A DNA stretch of 64,000 nucleotides from Minisyncoccota bacterium (GTDB taxonomy: Bacteria > Patescibacteriota > Minisyncoccia > Phycocordibacterales > UBA9973): assembly GCA_041666045.1 (NCBI GenBank), contig JBAYHR010000001.1:187391-251390 (forward strand). The letters are read 5' to 3'. Position 1 is the stretch's first letter. Every line of letters begins with the position of its first letter. Under the pieces are notes generated by a model. It had not been told where the DNA came from and did no database searches. It saw only the letters and a program-made list of their open reading frames with translations. A program made the translations under genes and the position numbers. This document shows positions 59,608 through 64,000 of this stretch, piece after piece.

Positions 59608-60618
59608 ATGAAAAAAATAGATTTTCTAGCAATTGGGGATATTGTCATAGATGCTTTTATAAAATTAAAAGATGCGCACGTTCATAAAGGTATTGATGAT
59701 TCTGAAAGTTCAGAATTGTGTATTCGTTTTGGAGACAAAGTTCCTTATGAATCTGTTGATATTATAACTGCTGTCGGCAATAGCCCAAACGCAGCTGTCT
59801 CTGCTTCAAGACTTGGTTTATCTTCTGCTGTTATGACAAATATTGGTAACGATAAAAATGGACAAGATTGTTTAGATAAGCTTAGAGAGGAAAAAATTGA
59901 TACAACTTTTGTAAAAACAGAAGAAGGTAAAAAGACAAATTATCATTATGTACTCTGGTATGGGGTTGAGCGTACAATTTTAATAAAACATGAAAATTTT
60001 AATTATGAATGGACAAATACAAAAAAATCACAAGACTATCATTCTCCATCTTGGATTTATTTAAGTTCATTAGGAGAAAATTCTCTACAATTTCACACTG
60101 AGATAGCAGATTATTTAAAAAGACATATAAATGTAAAATTAGCCTTTCAGCCTGGAACTTTCCAAATAAGTCTCGGCACAGAAAAATTAAAAGATATTTA
60201 TGCGCGCACAGAGATATTCTTTTGTAATGTAGAAGAAGCTGAGAAAATTTTAGGAATTAAAAATAAAGATATAAAAATCCTTTCTACTGGTATTCATAAA
60301 TTAGGACCAAAAATAGTTTCAATCAGCGATGGACCCAATGGAGCTTATGCATCTGATGGAGAAAATATTTATTTCACACCAATGTATCCTGACATAGCAG
60401 CACCAGTTGATCGCACAGGCGCAGGAGATGCATTCTCTTCAACATTTACATCAGCTCTAGCACTCGGGAAAACTATTCCTGAAGCATTATCTTGGGGACC
60501 AATTAATTCTATGTCTGTAGTTCAAAAAATCGGTGCACAAGAAGGTCTGCTTTCAAAAGAAAAATTAGAAAAATACCTCAAAACCGCTCCAAAAGATTAT
60601 AAACTAACAAAAATATAA
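59608..60618 (+). CDS. PfkB-family carbohydrate kinase
   Basis: GNSPNAAVSASRLG; DRTGAGDAF. Confidence 0.92.
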   Translation: MKKIDFLAIGDIVIDAFIKLKDAHVHKGIDDSESSELCIRFGDKVPYESVDIITAVGNSPNAAVSASRLGLSSAVMTNIGNDKNGQDCLDKLREEKIDTTFVKTEEGKKTNYHYVLWYGVERTILIKHENFNYEWTNTKKSQDYHSPSWIYLSSLGENSLQFHTEIADYLKRHINVKLAFQPGTFQISLGTEKLKDIYARTEIFFCNVEEAEKILGIKNKDIKILSTGIHKLGPKIVSISDGPNGAYASDGENIYFTPMYPDIAAPVDRTGAGDAFSSTFTSALALGKTIPEALSWGPINSMSVVQKIGAQEGLLSKEKLEKYLKTAPKDYKLTKI

Positions 60619-60622
60619 ATTT

Positions 60623-60814
60623 ATGGTTAAACCTTTTCAAATTTTTAAAAAATCTACTAATCTTAATTCAAGAGAAGCACAACGGACTGAAAATACAGTT
60701 TTAGAAGAAAATAAAATTATAGGCACAAATTTTGATGATGAAATTAGTAAAATTCAAAAACTAAAAGATGAGGGTAAAAAAGATGAGATAGAAAAACTTA
60801 TAGAAAGTAATTAA
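60623..60814 (+). CDS. Hypothetical protein
   Basis: 63-aa ORF filling the gap between convergent genes. Confidence 0.35.
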   Translation: MVKPFQIFKKSTNLNSREAQRTENTVLEENKIIGTNFDDEISKIQKLKDEGKKDEIEKLIESN

Positions 60815-61809
60815 AATTTTCTACTTAAAACTTTCTTAACAGCTTCTTTAATAGAATCTTTACCCATACCATAATGTTCTATCAATTCGTCTGGGGTTCC
60901 TGATTGGCCAAATTTATCTTTTACTCCTACGAATTCTATTGGCACAGGAAATTTTCGTGCGACAACTTCTGCCACTGCTGAACCCATTCCCCCAGCTATC
61001 TGATGCTCTTCCACTGTTACCAATGCTTTAGTTTCTTTTGCGAGTTTTAAAATAGAATCTTCATCGATAGGTTTGATAGAAAACAAATTCATAACTTTAG
61101 TTTTTATCCCTTCAGCTTCCAATTCTTTCGCAGCGAGTAATGCACGATAAATCAAAGCTCCAGTCGCCACAATCCCAACTTCTGCTAACCCCACATCTGG
61201 CATCCAAAAAATCTGCGCTTTGTTTATTTCAAAAGGAGTTTCTTCTGTAGTTATAACTGGCGTCTTCTCACGAGCAAGACGAATATATGCAGGGCTCTTT
61301 GTTTTCGCTAAAGCCATAGTCACCTTTTTTGCTTCAATTGCATCACAAGGAGAAAATACATCCATATTTGGCATCACCCGCATCAAAGCAATATCTTCTA
61401 TAGCTTGGTGCGTCCCTCCATCAGGACCGACAGAAACTCCAGCATGACTTCCCACTATCACAACTTTTCTATCATTGTATGCGATAGTTGTTCTGATTTG
61501 TTCCCAATTTCTTCCTGGAGAAAACATCGCATAACTTGAAACAAAAGGAATCTTTCCCATCGCCGACATTCCACTTGCAACTGTCACTAAATTTTGTTCA
61601 GCCACTCCAACTTCCACAAATCTTTCAGGAAATTTTTCTTTAAAAAAATGCATCTGTGTACTTTCAGTCAAATCTCCGCACAGAGCAACAACATTTTCAT
61701 CTTGCTCACCCGCTAGCAACAACCCTTGCCCAAAACCTTTTCGGATTGGAACTTGTTCAACATCTGCGTTGAAAATTTTTGGATTTAATTTTAATTCTGG
61801 ATTAAGCAT
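60811..61809 (-). CDS. Transketolase, C-terminal subunit
   Basis: VGVAEQN, GPDGGTHQ, VTVEEH. Confidence 0.93.
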   Translation of the reverse strand: MLNPELKLNPKIFNADVEQVPIRKGFGQGLLLAGEQDENVVALCGDLTESTQMHFFKEKFPERFVEVGVAEQNLVTVASGMSAMGKIPFVSSYAMFSPGRNWEQIRTTIAYNDRKVVIVGSHAGVSVGPDGGTHQAIEDIALMRVMPNMDVFSPCDAIEAKKVTMALAKTKSPAYIRLAREKTPVITTEETPFEINKAQIFWMPDVGLAEVGIVATGALIYRALLAAKELEAEGIKTKVMNLFSIKPIDEDSILKLAKETKALVTVEEHQIAGGMGSAVAEVVARKFPVPIEFVGVKDKFGQSGTPDELIEHYGMGKDSIKEAVKKVLSRKF

Positions 61810-61810
61810 T

Positions 61811-62659
61811 TTATATTGGTCTGTTATCTCTTAATTCTTTTAATGCCATCTCTCCTTCTTCTTTTGTTGGAGGTTTACCGTGCCATTTATAATCTCTCTC
61901 CCAAGCTTTCACTCCTTTCCCTGGAATCGTATGAGCAATAATAACTGTTGGCTTTTCGGCTATCGCTTGAGCTTCTTCTACTGCTTCATTGAGCGCGCGA
62001 AAATCGTGTCCAGAAACTTCTATCACATGCCAATTAAATGCTCTCCATTTATCTGCTATTGGTTCTAGTGGCATCACATCTTCAGTATTACCGTCTATCT
62101 GAATATTATTTCTATCAACAATTGCAATTAAATTTCTTAATTTATTTTTTCCTGCCAACATCATTCCTTCCCAAGTATTTCCTTCATCATGCTCACCATC
62201 AGACATAAAACAATAAATAAATCTTTCTTTGTCTTGTCCATTAATTCTATCAGCAAGCGCCATGCCAACTGCTTGCGAAAGCCCTGCGCCAAGTGGCCCT
62301 GAAGAATTTTCAACGAAAGGTAAATATTCTCTATGTGGATGCCCTTGCAAACGAGAGCCAAATTTTCTTAAAGTTTTTAATTCTTCAACTGGAAAATATC
62401 CAGAATGCGCCATAGCAGAATATAACACTGGACAAATATGGCCATTTGATAAAACTAATCTATCCCGCTCTACCCAAGCTGGATTTTTTGGATCATGTTT
62501 TAAAACGTGAAAATAAAATAAAGTAAAAATATCTGCCATACCAAGCGGTCCTGCAGTATGTCCACTTCCTGCTTCTACAAGCATTTCAATAATAGACTGA
62601 CGAATATCATTTGCTTTTATTTGAAGTTCTTTATTTTTTATTTCAGATAAGTAAGCCAT
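61811..62659 (-). CDS. Transketolase, N-terminal subunit
   Basis: GSGH, RDRLVLSNGH, LQGHP, SDGEHDEG TPP motif, WHGK. Confidence 0.93.
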   Translation of the reverse strand: MAYLSEIKNKELQIKANDIRQSIIEMLVEAGSGHTAGPLGMADIFTLFYFHVLKHDPKNPAWVERDRLVLSNGHICPVLYSAMAHSGYFPVEELKTLRKFGSRLQGHPHREYLPFVENSSGPLGAGLSQAVGMALADRINGQDKERFIYCFMSDGEHDEGNTWEGMMLAGKNKLRNLIAIVDRNNIQIDGNTEDVMPLEPIADKWRAFNWHVIEVSGHDFRALNEAVEEAQAIAEKPTVIIAHTIPGKGVKAWERDYKWHGKPPTKEEGEMALKELRDNRPI

Positions 62660-62714
62660 TAAAATAATTATACACTTTTATATAAAATAAAAAAAGATTG
62701 CCATGTAGACAATC

Positions 62715-63020
62715 TTATTCTTTCAACTCTTTTAATAAGAGTTTACTTTTGTTTTTAATAATTTCTTGTATTTTTTCTTGAGCAATTTCAGTTAATCTAT
62801 ATACTTTCGTCTCATGACCTGGTTCATCACAACCACAATCAAGTTCTATAATATCATTATAAATAAGACAATTTACTTCATTATAAAATATAAGTAATTG
62901 ATTATTATTCAAACCATAATATAAAGAACATTGATCAATTGCTATATTAACAACAACTTCAGCTCTTACTTTATACATACAAGTAATTATTGCAACAATA
63001 CGATCAATTGATACTTTCAT
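62715..63020 (-). CDS. Hypothetical protein
   Basis: 101-aa ORF between rpe and tkt. Confidence 0.5.
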   Translation of the reverse strand: MKVSIDRIVAIITCMYKVRAEVVVNIAIDQCSLYYGLNNNQLLIFYNEVNCLIYNDIIELDCGCDEPGHETKVYRLTEIAQEKIQEIIKNKSKLLLKELKE

Positions 63021-63097
63021 TTTTACAAAGTTTTGATTCTAAAAAGAGAGTACCATAAATACTAAAACACCTCAACAATATAAAAATATTCTAAGAT

Positions 63098-63817
63098 TTA
63101 TCCTAAATTTTCCAACACAGAAATAGTTTCTCTTATGTCTTCGGCTTTCAAAAGCAAAGATCCAGCGACGAGCCTATCTGCTCCAGCTTCTAGGAGCTTT
63201 TGCGCAGTTTCAAAATTTACTCCCCCATCAACTGAAATTATCAGATCAGGATATTTTTCTTTTAAAATTTTTATATTATTCAAAACTCTTTCGTCAAAAG
63301 GTTGTCCTTGAAAACCAATTTTTTCTATACCCATGCATTGCACAAAATCTACACTATTCACTAAAGAAAAAATTTGTTCGATTGGCGTCGTAGTATTTAT
63401 CGCAATACCTATCTGTATAGCATCACGAATATATACATCTATCCCTTCTATAAAATCTTTAAATTCATTTAAATCCCCCACGGCCTCAATATGAAAAACA
63501 ATTCTTTTGGGAGCAAGCTTTGTATAAATATCAAAATTAGAAACTGCATCAGAAACCATTAGATCAAGTTCAAAATCAATATCTTCCCAAAAAGGCATTC
63601 CTTCTTGTTCATTTAAAATTCTTTGAAAATGTTCATCTAATTCATTTTCTATAAAATCCCTCGACTCTGCTCGGGATAAAAACGGCCACGTGACCGTTTT
63701 TACAAAAATACCATCACACAAATCTATCTGAACAACAGGAAGAATCCCTCGCACTAATGCGATCTTATTCTTCATGTCTTCATAATTTCTAGATAATATT
63801 GCGGGAATTATTTCCAT
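63098..63817 (-). CDS. rpe: Ribulose-phosphate 3-epimerase
   Basis: IIPAIL, QIDLCDG.FV, LMV, GFQGQPF, VDGGV, VAGS. Confidence 0.9.
   Translation of the reverse strand: MEIIPAILSRNYEDMKNKIALVRGILPVVQIDLCDGIFVKTVTWPFLSRAESRDFIENELDEHFQRILNEQEGMPFWEDIDFELDLMVSDAVSNFDIYTKLAPKRIVFHIEAVGDLNEFKDFIEGIDVYIRDAIQIGIAINTTTPIEQIFSLVNSVDFVQCMGIEKIGFQGQPFDERVLNNIKILKEKYPDLIISVDGGVNFETAQKLLEAGADRLVAGSLLLKAEDIRETISVLENLG
63656..63680 (+). repeat. Family B short element in frame in rpe (opposite orientation)
   Basis: ATCCCTCGACTCTGCTCGGGATAAA; encodes LSRAESRD. Confidence 0.7.
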
Positions 63818-63831
63818 ACGATTATTTTATA

Positions 63832-64000
63832 TTACTCCACTGTAACTGATTTAGCTAGATTTCTAGGTTGATCTACGTTGCAATCACGAAACCTAGCAAT
63901 ATGATAAGCTAATAATTGAAGAGGAATTACAGAAATTAAAGGAGATAAAGATTCATCAATTTCTGGTATTTCAATCAAATGATCATAAAGTTTTGGAGAA
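63832..64000 (-). CDS. glmS: Glutamine--fructose-6-phosphate aminotransferase, C-terminal part
   Basis: Manual translation ...[37 protein letters not shown]. Confidence 0.95.
   Translation of the reverse strand, partial: SPKLYDHLIEIPEIDESLSPLISVIPLQLLAYHIARFRDCNVDQPRNLAKSVTVE

Noticed and set aside
1987-62510. Numerous antisense/overlapping ORFs in the six-frame track (e.g. 3658-4203, 6336-6713, 54917-55399)
   Set aside because: Shadows of well-supported genes on the other strand or frame, with no recognisable motifs.
1597-63680. CRISPR array made of the palindromic repeats
   Set aside because: Copies are dispersed, divergent and mostly intragenic; no regular repeat-spacer period and no cas genes seen.
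244-63817. Alternative genetic code (UGA=Gly, as in Gracilibacteria/SR1)
   Set aside because: Conserved genes are full-length in the standard code, and TGA terminates genes such as ybeY and lepA.

Overview
AT-rich chromosome segment that looks like a Patescibacteria/CPR (Parcubacteria-like) genome. This is inferred from the short ValRS, minimal pyruvate kinase, split transketolase and apparently leaderless genes. The backbone is housekeeping: lysS (partial), greA, rpsU, ybeY, ftsA, ftsZ, trxB, glmU-like, gdhA, tsaD, valS, pyk, eno, pyrD, lepA, murJ, leuS, tsaC, ychF, tkt, rpe, glmS (partial) and five tRNAs. Three things stand out. (1) A ~11.9 kb island sits at the 3' end of tRNA-Glu, bounded by GGTCACC at 6148-6154 and 18027-18033. 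Its large serine recombinase gene is split by its own att site: integrated, it ends in antisense tRNA sequence; excised, it would regain a 32-codon C-terminus parked at the far end of the island. The cargo is Bacteroidota-type: three T9SS-CTD proteins, a Bacteroidetes-type promoter, a structured leader, and a tRNA-Leu 3' half flanked by repeats. (2) A defence-like cluster follows (DUF5677-like, two DUF4238-like, AlwI-family type IIS R-M). (3) More than 15 short GC-rich palindromic elements in several families are dispersed through the window. Most are inserted in frame in core genes (ftsZ, tsaD, valS, eno, pyrD, leuS, tsaC, rpe, a methyltransferase), and three supply the ATG of the downstream gene. 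All family names come from motif recognition by eye; no database searches were run.
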